NCBI GenBank assembly: GCA_031291995.1
Contig: JARLHZ010000034.1
Span: forward strand, 78,915 to 142,914
DNA from: Candidatus Doudnabacteria bacterium
GTDB taxonomy: Bacteria > Patescibacteriota > Doudnabacteria > UBA920
DNA length: 64,000 nt
Reading direction: 5' to 3'
Below are positions 54,601 to 63,618 of this stretch, one piece after another (the first letter of the stretch is position 1; each line of letters begins with the position of its first letter). The notes under the pieces were generated by a model. That model ran no database searches. It was not told the origin of the DNA and saw only the letters and a program-made list of their open reading frames with translations. Position numbers and translations under genes: made by a program.

Positions 54601-55802
54601 GAATTATGCACGCTTTGGAGCGGCAATATAAATTTATTCGCAGCAATTTTTTGGATTTTTTGGGTATTTTCTCGCCCAATTTTCCGGCCGTTCCCATGGG
54701 CTCTTTGGGAAAAAGGGTGTTGATTTTTAACTGGCGCGACACCAGGCACGCGTTTGCCGGCGGCGCGGAAGTTTATGTCCACGAGCTGGCCAGGCGCTGG
54801 GCGGATTCCGGGACCCGGGTCGTCTTGTTTTGCGGCAACGACGGCAACTGTCCGCGCGAGGAAATAATTGACGGCGTGCATATTGTCAGGCGCGGCGGGT
54901 TTTACTTTGTTTACGTCTGGGCGTTCTTTTACTATCTGTTCCGTTTCCGGGGAAAATTTAACGTAATAGTCGATTGTCAAAACGGCATCCCGTTTTTTAC
55001 CCCGCTTTATGCCCGGGAAAAAATTTACTGCCTCATGCACCATGTCCACCAGGAAGTTTTCCGAAAACATTTGCGATTTCCATTAAGCACAATAGCCTCG
55101 CTGCTGGAAAATACCGCCATGCCCCTTGTCTACAAGAAAGTAAAGTTTATTACCATTTCCGATTCCAGCAAAAGCGAGATGGAAAATCTGGGCTTGGGCT
55201 CGGCCGGCATGGAAATAGTCCATCCCGGCGTGGATTTGCAAAATTTGGAGCCGGGAGAGAAATACAAACAGCCGCTGGTTTTGTATCTGGGGCGACTGAA
55301 AGCCTATAAATCCGTGGACGTGCTGATTAACGCGTTTCGGCATATTGCCCAACGATTGCCCGCCGCCCGCCTGGTAATTGCCGGGGACGGGGAAGATCGC
55401 GAACATCTGGAAAAATTGACCCAACTCCTGCGGCTGGGCGAAAGAGTGAGCTTTTTGGGAAAAATTTCGGAACAGGAAAAAATTTCCTGGCTAAAAAAAG
55501 CCTGGGTATTCTGCAATCCTTCCATGATGGAAGGTTGGGGCATAACCACCATCGAGGCCAATGCCTGCGGCGTGCCCGTGGTGGCGGCTAATGTGCCGGG
55601 GCTCCGCGACAGCGTCAATAATCCGCACACCGGTTTTTTGGTTGAGCACGGCAACGCGCCGAAATTCGCGGAACATATTTTAAAAATTTTGACCAACCGA
55701 AGCTTGCAGCAATTTATGGAAGCCCAATCCGTAAAATGGGCGGCGCATTTTGACTGGGACGCGAGCGCCAAAAAAAGCTTAAAAATTATTTATGGCTACT
55801 AA
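51693..55802 (+). CDS. Giant fusion protein: processive family-2 glycosyltransferase (DxD and QxxRW), a multi-TM flippase-like (MOP/Wzx-like) region, and a C-terminal GT4 glycosyltransferase
   Basis: 1369 aa. The GT2 motifs are YDAEDVPD and QRSRWIKGY. The middle region has about 12 TM helices. The GT4 C-terminus has GGAEVYVHELARRW and an EX7E motif (EGWGITTIEANACGVPVV). Confidence 0.7.
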   Translation: MMNFFRNKKSTAADGFQAANLRLPLHKTAKTTLDSNQKIWILVFAAVFGLSVSFNWRLTLLSVIALLMILYFIDLIFNLFLIFRSFSYRPEIVSDSTELNNLDDAALPVYTVFCPLYRESAVLPQFIRAMGSLDYPKDKLQILLLLEEDDRPTIRAARAASLPPYFEIAVVPHSLPKTKPKAMNHGLGLAKGEYITIYDAEDVPDPRQLKKAYLAFHTLGPKVVCVQSKLNFYNPSQNFVTRLFTAEYSLWFDLVLPGLQSLGAPIPLGGTSNHFRTADLIRLKGWDPFNVTEDCDLGVRLAKHGYRTAIIDSTTYEEANSHLKNWYSQRSRWIKGYMQTYLVHMRSPKEMWKDWREPHLLTFQLVVGGKILSMFINPLLWLVTIIYFLFRSSAAPYIEPFFPGWILYLGVFSLVFGNFLYLYYYMIGLAKRQYDGMIKYAFAVPFYWLAMSLAAWQAFYEIIFKPHYWAKTVHGLHLDKKAFERERSPEPAAEIAGGPDIITVAPANVQTPSVAAGIAQNFAVSAVSQASFSLLDRSRTIFRTPKKFLRASFLVSKNKVMPLLSTGLGAGTVLAAAMMTANFFNFFYNAYLGRVLSYETFGIVILFNTFLSFLTVFVGALSTTVTHRAAYLKSRFGGSAAEEFMELMRRKSLWAALAACGIWLVSVPMLESYFNLPHFLPFILFAPVIALSVVAYNERAFLQGGLFFKLVGAAILAESGAKLFSAFLLAGVFHLPDWVYLSIPISLGASALCAWLLVKRVSVKNLAAGRNFVREKEVAGEGFPAKFFLASLLAGLSTSVFLNFDVFLTKHYFPAALAGEYSLLSLIGKMIYFLGSLLISFIVALVSSNEGQNASSQKTFYRIFAATAALVFASVIALGPLGGIVVPLLFGAKAVPILPFLTDYMLAMALFTLSTAILMYHLARRQYVFSGAALLCAAVMCAGIILRHGGILQVTHVMLLAGALSLAVLGIMHALERQYKFIRSNFLDFLGIFSPNFPAVPMGSLGKRVLIFNWRDTRHAFAGGAEVYVHELARRWADSGTRVVLFCGNDGNCPREEIIDGVHIVRRGGFYFVYVWAFFYYLFRFRGKFNVIVDCQNGIPFFTPLYAREKIYCLMHHVHQEVFRKHLRFPLSTIASLLENTAMPLVYKKVKFITISDSSKSEMENLGLGSAGMEIVHPGVDLQNLEPGEKYKQPLVLYLGRLKAYKSVDVLINAFRHIAQRLPAARLVIAGDGEDREHLEKLTQLLRLGERVSFLGKISEQEKISWLKKAWVFCNPSMMEGWGITTIEANACGVPVVAANVPGLRDSVNNPHTGFLVEHGNAPKFAEHILKILTNRSLQQFMEAQSVKWAAHFDWDASAKKSLKIIYGY

Positions 55803-55804
55803 TT

Positions 55805-56944
55805 ATGTTAAATAATTTGCAAAAATCGGGTGACAATGGCATTCTTTCCGGTAACCGGAAAAGAATTATTTTTTCCAATTATGACGACATAAAAAATCCC
55901 TATTATGGCGGCGGCGGATCCGTAGCCGTTCACGAAATTGCCAAGCGCCTGTCTTGGGATTTTTCAGTCAACGTGATTACCGGCAGCTATCCCGGCGCAA
56001 AAAATGAAACCGTTGACGGAGTGGAATACCGGCGCGTCGGCTTTTCCCGGACCGGTCCCAAAATGAGCCAGTTAATTTTTCAGGCGCTTTTGCCATTTTA
56101 CGTAATCTCAAAAAAATTCGATGTTTGGGTCGAAAGCTTTACGCCGCCTTTTTCCACGGCATTTTTGCAGCTTTTTACCCGTAAACCCGTGGTCGGCCTG
56201 ACTCATTTGCTGGCTGGAAAAAGCATGGCGAAAAAATACCGCCTGCCGTTTGATAAAATTGAGAATTTGGGCCTTAAGAGCTACAAGTACGCCATTGCTT
56301 TGACGCCCCAGGTTGAAATGGCAATTCGGAAAGTTAATCCGTCTATAAGAATATCGGTTATACCCAACGGGCTAAATAAATCGTTGACCCGCGCCGAGTT
56401 CCCAAAACAGCCGGAACACATTTTATTTTTAGGCCGGGTGGATGTTGAACAAAAAGGACTGGATTTGCTGCTGGAGGCGTACCGTTCGGCCGGCGACAGG
56501 CTGAAGGATGAACTGCTGATCGCCGGGAGCGGCAATAAGGCCGACCTGGATTTAATTGTCGGGCGGATTGCCGATTTGGGATTGTCGCGGCAAGTTACGC
56601 TTGCCGGCCGAGCCTCGGGAAAATATAAAGAGGATTTGTACAAAAGGGCTAAATTTTTTGTATTGCCTTCGCGATACGAAACTTTTCCTTTAACTATTCT
56701 GGAGGCTTTTGCTTTTGGCTGTCCCGTAATTATGTTTGATATCGAAAACTTAAAATGGGTGCCCCCGGAATGTGCCGTGAAAATTCCACCGTTTGATGTG
56801 CAAAAATTCGGGCGGGCTATGGCCGATTTAGCCGAAGATTCCGTCCGGCTCCGGGTCATGGCCGGCGCTGCCAAAAAATTTGTCCGGCAGTTTGAATGGG
56901 ACAGCCTGGCCGAACTGTACGCGAAATTTTTAAACGCGCTATAA
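55805..56944 (+). CDS. GT4 (group 1) glycosyltransferase
   Basis: 379 aa with GGGSVAVHEIAKRL and a C-terminal motif FVLPSRYETFPLTILEAFAFGCPVI. Confidence 0.75.
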   Translation: MLNNLQKSGDNGILSGNRKRIIFSNYDDIKNPYYGGGGSVAVHEIAKRLSWDFSVNVITGSYPGAKNETVDGVEYRRVGFSRTGPKMSQLIFQALLPFYVISKKFDVWVESFTPPFSTAFLQLFTRKPVVGLTHLLAGKSMAKKYRLPFDKIENLGLKSYKYAIALTPQVEMAIRKVNPSIRISVIPNGLNKSLTRAEFPKQPEHILFLGRVDVEQKGLDLLLEAYRSAGDRLKDELLIAGSGNKADLDLIVGRIADLGLSRQVTLAGRASGKYKEDLYKRAKFFVLPSRYETFPLTILEAFAFGCPVIMFDIENLKWVPPECAVKIPPFDVQKFGRAMADLAEDSVRLRVMAGAAKKFVRQFEWDSLAELYAKFLNAL

Positions 56945-56955
56945 ATTGAAATCTT

Positions 56956-58170
56956 ATGGAAACATCCGGGAAAAAAATTGAAGTTTTAGTCGACCATTTC
57001 TATCCCGTCACCGGCGGCTTGGCCATCCATTGCCTGCGAGTCTATGGGATTTTAAGCCGTCGCGGCTGGCAGATTACAGTTAGAGCCACTAAAAATACCA
57101 CGGAAGAAAAAAATGTCCTGCCGGCTCGCGGCAGCGTATCCGGGATTGAAATTTTCCGTTATTCATTTGAAAATTATAATTTTAATCCCTGGGCCTTGAA
57201 AATCGATTATCGGGGCGCGGCGGTGGTTTGTTTGAACGAATTGGTAATTTTACCGCACTATTTTGTATATATTTACAGTTATCTTTTAAAACTGTTCAGC
57301 CGCAGGAATTTTGCCGTCGTGCTGACTTCTCACGGTTTATTCACCACGGATATCGGCGTCTATCGAAGTTTAAAACGCAAAATTAAAAGAATTATAGACA
57401 GGACTTTGGGCGTGTTTTTAATCAACCGGACGGTTAACCGCGTTCACTCCATTTCCCAAACCGAAAAAGATGGCCTGGTGGCGGCCGGGGTTAATCCGGA
57501 AATTATCGAAGTCATCCCTAACGGGGTGGATGAGGAAGCGTTTAAGGATATTGATAGCCTGGCTTCGGCGGACGTAAAAAATTTGGTGTCCGAGTTCGGT
57601 ATTTATCTTCTGCAAATCGGCAGGCTGGATCGCCACAAAAATTACGAAGCGACAATCAAAGCTTTATGTTTGTTACCCGAAGAAATCAAATATGTGATAT
57701 TGGGGGCCGATGAAGATCGAGATTACAAACAGGAGCTACAGCAACTAATCGCCAGGTTAAGTTTGGAAAAGCGGGTAATTTTTGCAGGGGTAATTAAGGG
57801 CGCCGATAAATTTTATTTGTTAAAGCATGCTTTGGTTTACATCCATATGGCGCACTCCGAAGGTTTTGGGATGGTCGTGCAGGAGGCAATGAGCCAGGGG
57901 GCCGTGTGCCTGGTTTCACGGGGGACCGGCCTGGAGGAGCTGGTAACCGACGGGGTAAACGGGTACGCGCTGTCCAAAGACGACGCCGAAGGCATTGCGC
58001 AAAAAATTGGGTTTATTTTTAATCATCCGGATGACCCGGAGCTGCAAGAAATTCGCCGGAACGGGTTTCTTTACGCTAAAAGCCGGGATTGGGAAAAAGT
58101 CGCCGGATCCATGGAAGAGCTGTTTAACCGGGCAATAATTGATAATCAACGGGCTTATGACGGACAATAA
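56956..58170 (+). CDS. GT4 (group 1) glycosyltransferase
   Basis: 404 aa with HMAHSEGFGMVVQEAMSQGAVCLVS, an EX7E motif. Confidence 0.8.
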   Translation: METSGKKIEVLVDHFYPVTGGLAIHCLRVYGILSRRGWQITVRATKNTTEEKNVLPARGSVSGIEIFRYSFENYNFNPWALKIDYRGAAVVCLNELVILPHYFVYIYSYLLKLFSRRNFAVVLTSHGLFTTDIGVYRSLKRKIKRIIDRTLGVFLINRTVNRVHSISQTEKDGLVAAGVNPEIIEVIPNGVDEEAFKDIDSLASADVKNLVSEFGIYLLQIGRLDRHKNYEATIKALCLLPEEIKYVILGADEDRDYKQELQQLIARLSLEKRVIFAGVIKGADKFYLLKHALVYIHMAHSEGFGMVVQEAMSQGAVCLVSRGTGLEELVTDGVNGYALSKDDAEGIAQKIGFIFNHPDDPELQEIRRNGFLYAKSRDWEKVAGSMEELFNRAIIDNQRAYDGQ

Positions 58171-59701
58171 AAAAAATATTCTGTGCATCGCTTTTTTGGT
58201 CCTGGTTGGCGCGATTTTTTACTTCGCGACTTTAAAAGCCGTGCCGGGGTTTGTGGATTTGCGTACCGGCCTGCCCAATAACCCGGCCCAGTTCGGCGGC
58301 ATCGGACCTTTTGAAAGTTCACACGAAAGATCGTCATACGCCATGGTCCTGTCCATGCTCGATTACCATACGGTCAGCCTGCCCAAGCCCCTGGCCGACT
58401 TCGGATCGCCCGATGTCGGCTACTACAACGGCAAATTTTACAGTTTTTTTCCGCCGGGCGTGGCGGCGATGGCTTACCCTTTTTATATTTTGGGGGAACA
58501 CTGGAATCTTCCGATTGCCTTCGCTTATTTTTCGATGTGTATTGCCGCAATCTTGGCTTTGGCCATGCTGTTTATTATTTGCCGGGATATATTTGGTTTT
58601 TCGGCGCCATTGTCGTTACTGGTCGTTTTTATATTGGGTTTTGGAACGATTTTTTTGAATTATTCAATTACCCTTTATCAGCATATTCCGACGATATTTT
58701 TAATGTTCGTGTCGTATTATTCCGTTTGGAAATTCAGGAAAGGCGGCAAATTTGCCTGGCTGTGGGCGGCGGCCGTTTGGGCTTGCTACGGGCTGGGGCC
58801 GATTTTTGACTACCCGAATTTAATTTTAATGCTTCCAATTCTTGGCTACTTTTTTGCCTCTGCCTTCAGCCTGGCGCGGACGGATGACGGCCTGAAAATC
58901 GGCCTGCGAAATTCTTTTGTGGCCTCTCTTGTCGTGCTGTTGCTGCTCGGCGTTGCGCAGATATATTATAACCGTTCGGTGTTCGGCAACTGGCGAATAT
59001 ACAGCAACGCGCTGCCCCGCTACGACCAAACTCTCGGCTCCCCCGATCTGAGCAACGCGGCAACGCAGGCGATTACCAGGCAAAAGGAATCGGTGGCGTC
59101 GGTATTTTCCGAAAAAAACCTGCCGCTGGGATTTTATATATTGACTGTTTCGGTGGATAAAGGCCTGTTTGTTTATATGCCGATATTTGTATTGGCGATT
59201 CTGGGGATGTACGCCGTACGAAAAAAGATGACCTTGGAAATCTGGACGCTGTTGGCAATTTGCGCTTTAAACCTTATTTTGTATAGCAGTTTCGGCGACC
59301 CGTGGGGCGGGTTGTCGTACGGGCCGAGGTACCTGCTGCCCGCGATCGCCGTTTTGCCGGTTTTTATCGGCTTCTGGATTCAGAGCCTGGGCAAGCGCCG
59401 ACTTTGGGGAAGCGCCGCTCTGTTCGCGCTCTTTGCCTATTCTTCGGCGGTATCATTGCTTGGAGCGGTTACCCGCAACGTGGTCTTTCCCAAACCCGAG
59501 GCACTGTACGCCGATACCAGTAATAAATTCTGGTTCAACGCGCGTTATTTAAAGCTCAATCAAAGCGGCAGTTTCGCTTACAATGAATTTTTTTCGGGCC
59601 GGATTTCATTAACCGAATATTATCTTATTTTGTTCGCGGCCATCCTTATTTTAATGCTCGCGCTTTTACTTTTAATCCCCAAATACGAGTATGGTGATTA
59701 G
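58139..59701 (+). CDS. GT-C fold integral membrane glycosyltransferase. It is probably dependent on a polyprenyl-phosphate sugar donor, and its family is uncertain.
   Basis: 520 aa with at least 10 TM helices and an acidic first-loop motif FESSHERSSYAMV. Confidence 0.55.
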   Translation: MIINGLMTDNKKNILCIAFLVLVGAIFYFATLKAVPGFVDLRTGLPNNPAQFGGIGPFESSHERSSYAMVLSMLDYHTVSLPKPLADFGSPDVGYYNGKFYSFFPPGVAAMAYPFYILGEHWNLPIAFAYFSMCIAAILALAMLFIICRDIFGFSAPLSLLVVFILGFGTIFLNYSITLYQHIPTIFLMFVSYYSVWKFRKGGKFAWLWAAAVWACYGLGPIFDYPNLILMLPILGYFFASAFSLARTDDGLKIGLRNSFVASLVVLLLLGVAQIYYNRSVFGNWRIYSNALPRYDQTLGSPDLSNAATQAITRQKESVASVFSEKNLPLGFYILTVSVDKGLFVYMPIFVLAILGMYAVRKKMTLEIWTLLAICALNLILYSSFGDPWGGLSYGPRYLLPAIAVLPVFIGFWIQSLGKRRLWGSAALFALFAYSSAVSLLGAVTRNVVFPKPEALYADTSNKFWFNARYLKLNQSGSFAYNEFFSGRISLTEYYLILFAAILILMLALLLLIPKYEYGD

Positions 59702-61334
59702 CTTGACTATAAAAAACAGCTGGATCGGCGGGGTAAAGCGCCTGGCCGGAATTATCAGCCCGGAGCAATGGGTGGCCGTTGCCGCTTTGTTTTTGGCTGT
59801 GGCCTCGACAGCTTACTCGTTTGCCATGGGCTATATAATTTCTTACGGTGATGCCGAGTCCCATTTAAACATCGCCAAAAGGGTTGTTGACTCGCTGACG
59901 CCGGGCTTTGCCCAATTGGGCGGCATTTGGCTGCCGCTGCCGCATTTGTTGCTCATCCCTTTTGTCTATTCCGATTTTTTATGGCGGACCGGGCTGGCCG
60001 GTTCGATAGTTTCGGGCGCGTGTTTTATCGTCTCCGCGGTATTTTTATATAAGACGGTATTTTTAGTGTCCAAAAATAGGGCTGCCGCCCTATTTGGCGC
60101 TTTGGTTTTTATTCTTAACCCCAATATTTTATATTTACAGACAACGCCGATGAGCGAGCTGGTGTTGATTGTGTTTTTTATACTGTCGACCTATTACTTT
60201 ATTAAGTATGTCGGTGACCAATCGGATCTGCCGGCTCTGCTACTCGCGGCATTTTACGGTTTTTGCGCCACAATTTCCCGGTACGACGGTTGGTTTTTGG
60301 TCGCCATTGAGGCCGTCGTGCTGATATTGCTGCCGCTGGCAGGCGCTCCGAAAAGTCCGGGTAAATTTTGGCAATTCGCAAAGAGCAGCTACAAAAAAAT
60401 TGAAGGCAAAGCCGTCCTATTTTCCACGCTGGCCTTTTTTGGCATAATTTTGTGGTTCGGCTGGGGCTGGCTGATTTTAGGCGACCCGTTATACTTTACC
60501 GACAGTGATTATTCGGCCAAATCCCAGCAGCTGGCCTGGGCGGCGCGTAATGAACTGCCCGGCAAAGGCCATGCCGTTGTCTCATTTTTATATTATTTTG
60601 TCACAAGCATGAGCAATGCCGGAGTAATTATGTTCACTCTGGCTATTTTTGGCCTGGCGGTTTATTTGTTTAAAAATAAAAGTCCGGGCCGCTGGTTTGT
60701 GGCCGCGGTGCTGCTGGCTCCGTTTATTTTTAATGTTTTGAGTTTATACCTCGGGCAGTCGGTAATTTTTATCCCTTCTCTAACGCCGACCTCTTACGAT
60801 TGGACGCTGTTTAACGTCCGTTACGGAGTCATGATGGTTCCTTGCGTGGCGTTTTGCGCCGGCTACCTGTTTTCACAAATTCGTCCCGGCGGCAGGAGTC
60901 TGCTGGCCATACTGTCGGTATTACAGATAGGCCTGTTTGTAGTCGGATATTCCCCGGTCATTTCCATGCAGGACGGCGTGGTCGGTTTGTCTTCGGAAAT
61001 CCACCAGGTGCCGGACGCCCAATATTTCGTGGATAAAAATTACGACGGCGGATTGGTGCTTCAGGATGATTTCGCGCGAACCATCAGTATTATTAAGAGC
61101 CCTATCCCTATGAAAAATACCATCTACGTGGGCAACAAACCCTATTACCAAGAGTCCCTGCAGGAGCCTGAAAAATACGCCCGGTGGATTTTTATGCAGC
61201 AAAACGACGAAATTTGGAAGGCGCTGTATGACGATCCGGCCATGCAGGGGAGGCTGTACAAATATTTTACGAAAGTCTATACATCGCCGACAATATTAAT
61301 TTTTAAACGCAATAATGTCCCCGAACAATCGTAA
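59691..61334 (+). CDS. GT-C fold membrane glycosyltransferase, PMT/ArnT-like (GT39/GT83-like)
   Basis: 547 aa multi-TM protein. The first-loop motif YGDAESHLNIAKRV resembles the DE motif of the PMT/ArnT family. Confidence 0.6.
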   Translation: MVISLTIKNSWIGGVKRLAGIISPEQWVAVAALFLAVASTAYSFAMGYIISYGDAESHLNIAKRVVDSLTPGFAQLGGIWLPLPHLLLIPFVYSDFLWRTGLAGSIVSGACFIVSAVFLYKTVFLVSKNRAAALFGALVFILNPNILYLQTTPMSELVLIVFFILSTYYFIKYVGDQSDLPALLLAAFYGFCATISRYDGWFLVAIEAVVLILLPLAGAPKSPGKFWQFAKSSYKKIEGKAVLFSTLAFFGIILWFGWGWLILGDPLYFTDSDYSAKSQQLAWAARNELPGKGHAVVSFLYYFVTSMSNAGVIMFTLAIFGLAVYLFKNKSPGRWFVAAVLLAPFIFNVLSLYLGQSVIFIPSLTPTSYDWTLFNVRYGVMMVPCVAFCAGYLFSQIRPGGRSLLAILSVLQIGLFVVGYSPVISMQDGVVGLSSEIHQVPDAQYFVDKNYDGGLVLQDDFARTISIIKSPIPMKNTIYVGNKPYYQESLQEPEKYARWIFMQQNDEIWKALYDDPAMQGRLYKYFTKVYTSPTILIFKRNNVPEQS

Positions 61335-62601
61335 AATATTATCCGGCCTATTCCTTGTTTTAATGCTGGCCTCGCCGAAAAAAATATTCGCGGCCGCCGC
61401 GCAGGGGACTTTTTGGCACTATCAATGCATAGATACGGTAAAATATTCGCGTGACACCGCTCGGGCCTGGAGCGGCAAAGAGGCTCAGCTTAGCGCCCTG
61501 ATAAACGCCCAAATGGGGCAGATTGCGAACACCGGAGCAAACTGCGTGGCGATTGATACGCCGTATGATCCGGAATTCACGACGTTTTTATCCAAGTGGG
61601 TGCTGGCGGCGCGGGCAAACGGATTGATGGTGTGGTTTCGCGGAAATTTATCCGGCTGGGAGGGCTGGTTTAATTATCCGAGGTTGAGTTCCGGTTCTCA
61701 ACATAATGAGGAAGTCTATCGGTTTATCGCACAAAATCCATCCCTGTTTAAAGACGGCGATATGTTTACTCCGGCACCGGAACCTGAGAACGGAATATTG
61801 GGCAGTCCTTTTGCCGGCCCTCAAGCCGCCGAAAATTTACGGCAATTTATGGTTTCTTCATACCGGAATTGCCAGACGGCTTTTAAGGCAATAAATAAAA
61901 ATGTGGGCTGCGGTTTTTATTCCACCAATGGCGATGTCGCTAAGCAAATTTTAAATCAGCGGACGGTTCAAGGTATAGGCGGCCTGGTGGCCGTTGACCA
62001 TTATGTGAAGACCGCGGAACAGCTGGAGAGCGATTTGCAAAATTTGCGCGACGAATTCGGCACAAACGTTTTTTTGGGCGAATTCGGCGCGCCGATACCG
62101 GATCTCCAGGGGAATTTAACCGAGGCCGGGCAGGCCATGGTGGTTGGGCAGATGCTTAACGCCGCTTATCGGAAAAAAAGTTTTATTACCGGCATAAATT
62201 ATTGGACGCTGTCCGGCGGATCCACGGCCCTGGTCAACGACGACGGCAGCGCGCGGCAGGCTTATGATGTTGTGAGGGATTATTACGACCCGGGGAAAAT
62301 TACTGGAACGGTTTATGATGACGCCGGTGATAGGTTAGTAAACGCCGCGGTTTCTGACGAAGGAACTAATGCAACGGCCACGGATAAATACGGAAATTTT
62401 TCCCTGCTCGTGCCGGCGGAAAACAGCATAGCGCTAAAAGTGTCCTTAACTGGTTTTGTCCCGGCAACCGGCGCGCTTACTGTTGGACCCGGAGGTGTTG
62501 GCCGTCTGGATTTCACGCTGTCCCCGGCTCATCCTTCAATTTTTTATCGGCTAAAAAATTTTTTTAGGAATATATACCGGAAATTTTTTTATCGTTCTTA
62601 A
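61315..62601 (+). CDS. Secreted TIM-barrel glycoside-hydrolase-like protein with a C-terminal carboxypeptidase-regulatory-like beta-sandwich
   Basis: 428 aa with a signal peptide. The C-terminus GTVYDDAGDRLVNAAVS...TGFVP resembles a CarboxypepD_reg domain. Confidence 0.45.
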   Translation: MSPNNRKILSGLFLVLMLASPKKIFAAAAQGTFWHYQCIDTVKYSRDTARAWSGKEAQLSALINAQMGQIANTGANCVAIDTPYDPEFTTFLSKWVLAARANGLMVWFRGNLSGWEGWFNYPRLSSGSQHNEEVYRFIAQNPSLFKDGDMFTPAPEPENGILGSPFAGPQAAENLRQFMVSSYRNCQTAFKAINKNVGCGFYSTNGDVAKQILNQRTVQGIGGLVAVDHYVKTAEQLESDLQNLRDEFGTNVFLGEFGAPIPDLQGNLTEAGQAMVVGQMLNAAYRKKSFITGINYWTLSGGSTALVNDDGSARQAYDVVRDYYDPGKITGTVYDDAGDRLVNAAVSDEGTNATATDKYGNFSLLVPAENSIALKVSLTGFVPATGALTVGPGGVGRLDFTLSPAHPSIFYRLKNFFRNIYRKFFYRS

Positions 62602-62721
62602 ATTAAATGGCGGCCTGGGACATTAGCGGCGCTTTTGTGACACAAGTTGCGCCGGCCGACGATTAGTAATGTACAGCTGTTTGCGCAAACGGCGGATTGT
62701 AATTATTAATTATGAAAATTT

Positions 62722-63513
62722 ATGAAACTTTCAATTGTCGTTCCGGCTTACAATGAGGAGTCGCGGATTGTCCCGACGTTGCTGGACATGAGGGACTATC
62801 TTGAGGAGCAAACTTATGATTATGAAATAATTGTGGTGGTTAACGGCAGTACGGATCAAACATTTATGGCGGCGAAAAGCCTGGCGGATTTGGGGATGAA
62901 TAAAATTTTGGTCAAGGAATTGCCCGTCGCGGGAAAAGGCAACGCGGTCAAGCGGGGGATTCTTGATTATTCGTTCGGCGATATTATTTTGTTTATGGAT
63001 GCAGACAATGCCACGAAGGTTTCCGAGATTGGCAAATTTTTCCGGTATTTTCAAAGAGGTTACGATGTAGTCATAGGTTCGCGCTATTTAAATTCGAGTT
63101 TAATTAAGAGGTCGCAGCCGTTTTACCGCGTGGCGTTAAGCCGGCTGAGCAACGCGCTTATCCGGTTAATGGCCGTGCCCGGCGTCCGGGACACCCAGCT
63201 CGGATTTAAAGCATTCACGCAACAGGCCGCCCTGGACATTTTCCCATTGGCGACGGTAAATAATTGGGCGTTCGACATTGAAATTCTCGCCATCGCCCGC
63301 GAACGCGGCTATAATATTAAGGAAGTCCCCGTAATTTGGGCCGAACCGGGAGGAAGCCATGTCCGACTGAAAGCCTATTGGCAATCGCTCCGCGAGCTGT
63401 TTGGGATAAAGCGGCGGATGATGTCGGGGAAATATCAGGCCCCGAGCGTCATTTCTGTTAAAGGCAGGGGCTCGGCCGGGGCGGATATTAAAACCCGTTA
63501 TGATATAATGTAG
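62722..63513 (+). CDS. GT2 polyprenyl-phosphate glycosyltransferase (dolichyl-phosphate mannose/glucose synthase or GtrB-like)
   Basis: 263 aa with LSIVVPAYNEE, FMDADNAT and VIGSRY. Confidence 0.8.
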   Translation: MKLSIVVPAYNEESRIVPTLLDMRDYLEEQTYDYEIIVVVNGSTDQTFMAAKSLADLGMNKILVKELPVAGKGNAVKRGILDYSFGDIILFMDADNATKVSEIGKFFRYFQRGYDVVIGSRYLNSSLIKRSQPFYRVALSRLSNALIRLMAVPGVRDTQLGFKAFTQQAALDIFPLATVNNWAFDIEILAIARERGYNIKEVPVIWAEPGGSHVRLKAYWQSLRELFGIKRRMMSGKYQAPSVISVKGRGSAGADIKTRYDIM

Positions 63514-63618
63514 ACAGGTTAACAATTTTGGTGTATCGAAATTCCGCATAAAACTAATCAGACACTTTTAACTTGTTAATATGAGACGTAGCTGCGTCTA
63601 ATATCAACAAACCTCCAG

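Noticed and set aside
52000-55771. Numerous short ORFs on both strands inside the 1369-aa glycosyltransferase gene
   Set aside because: They are overlapping frames of a long, motif-supported CDS.
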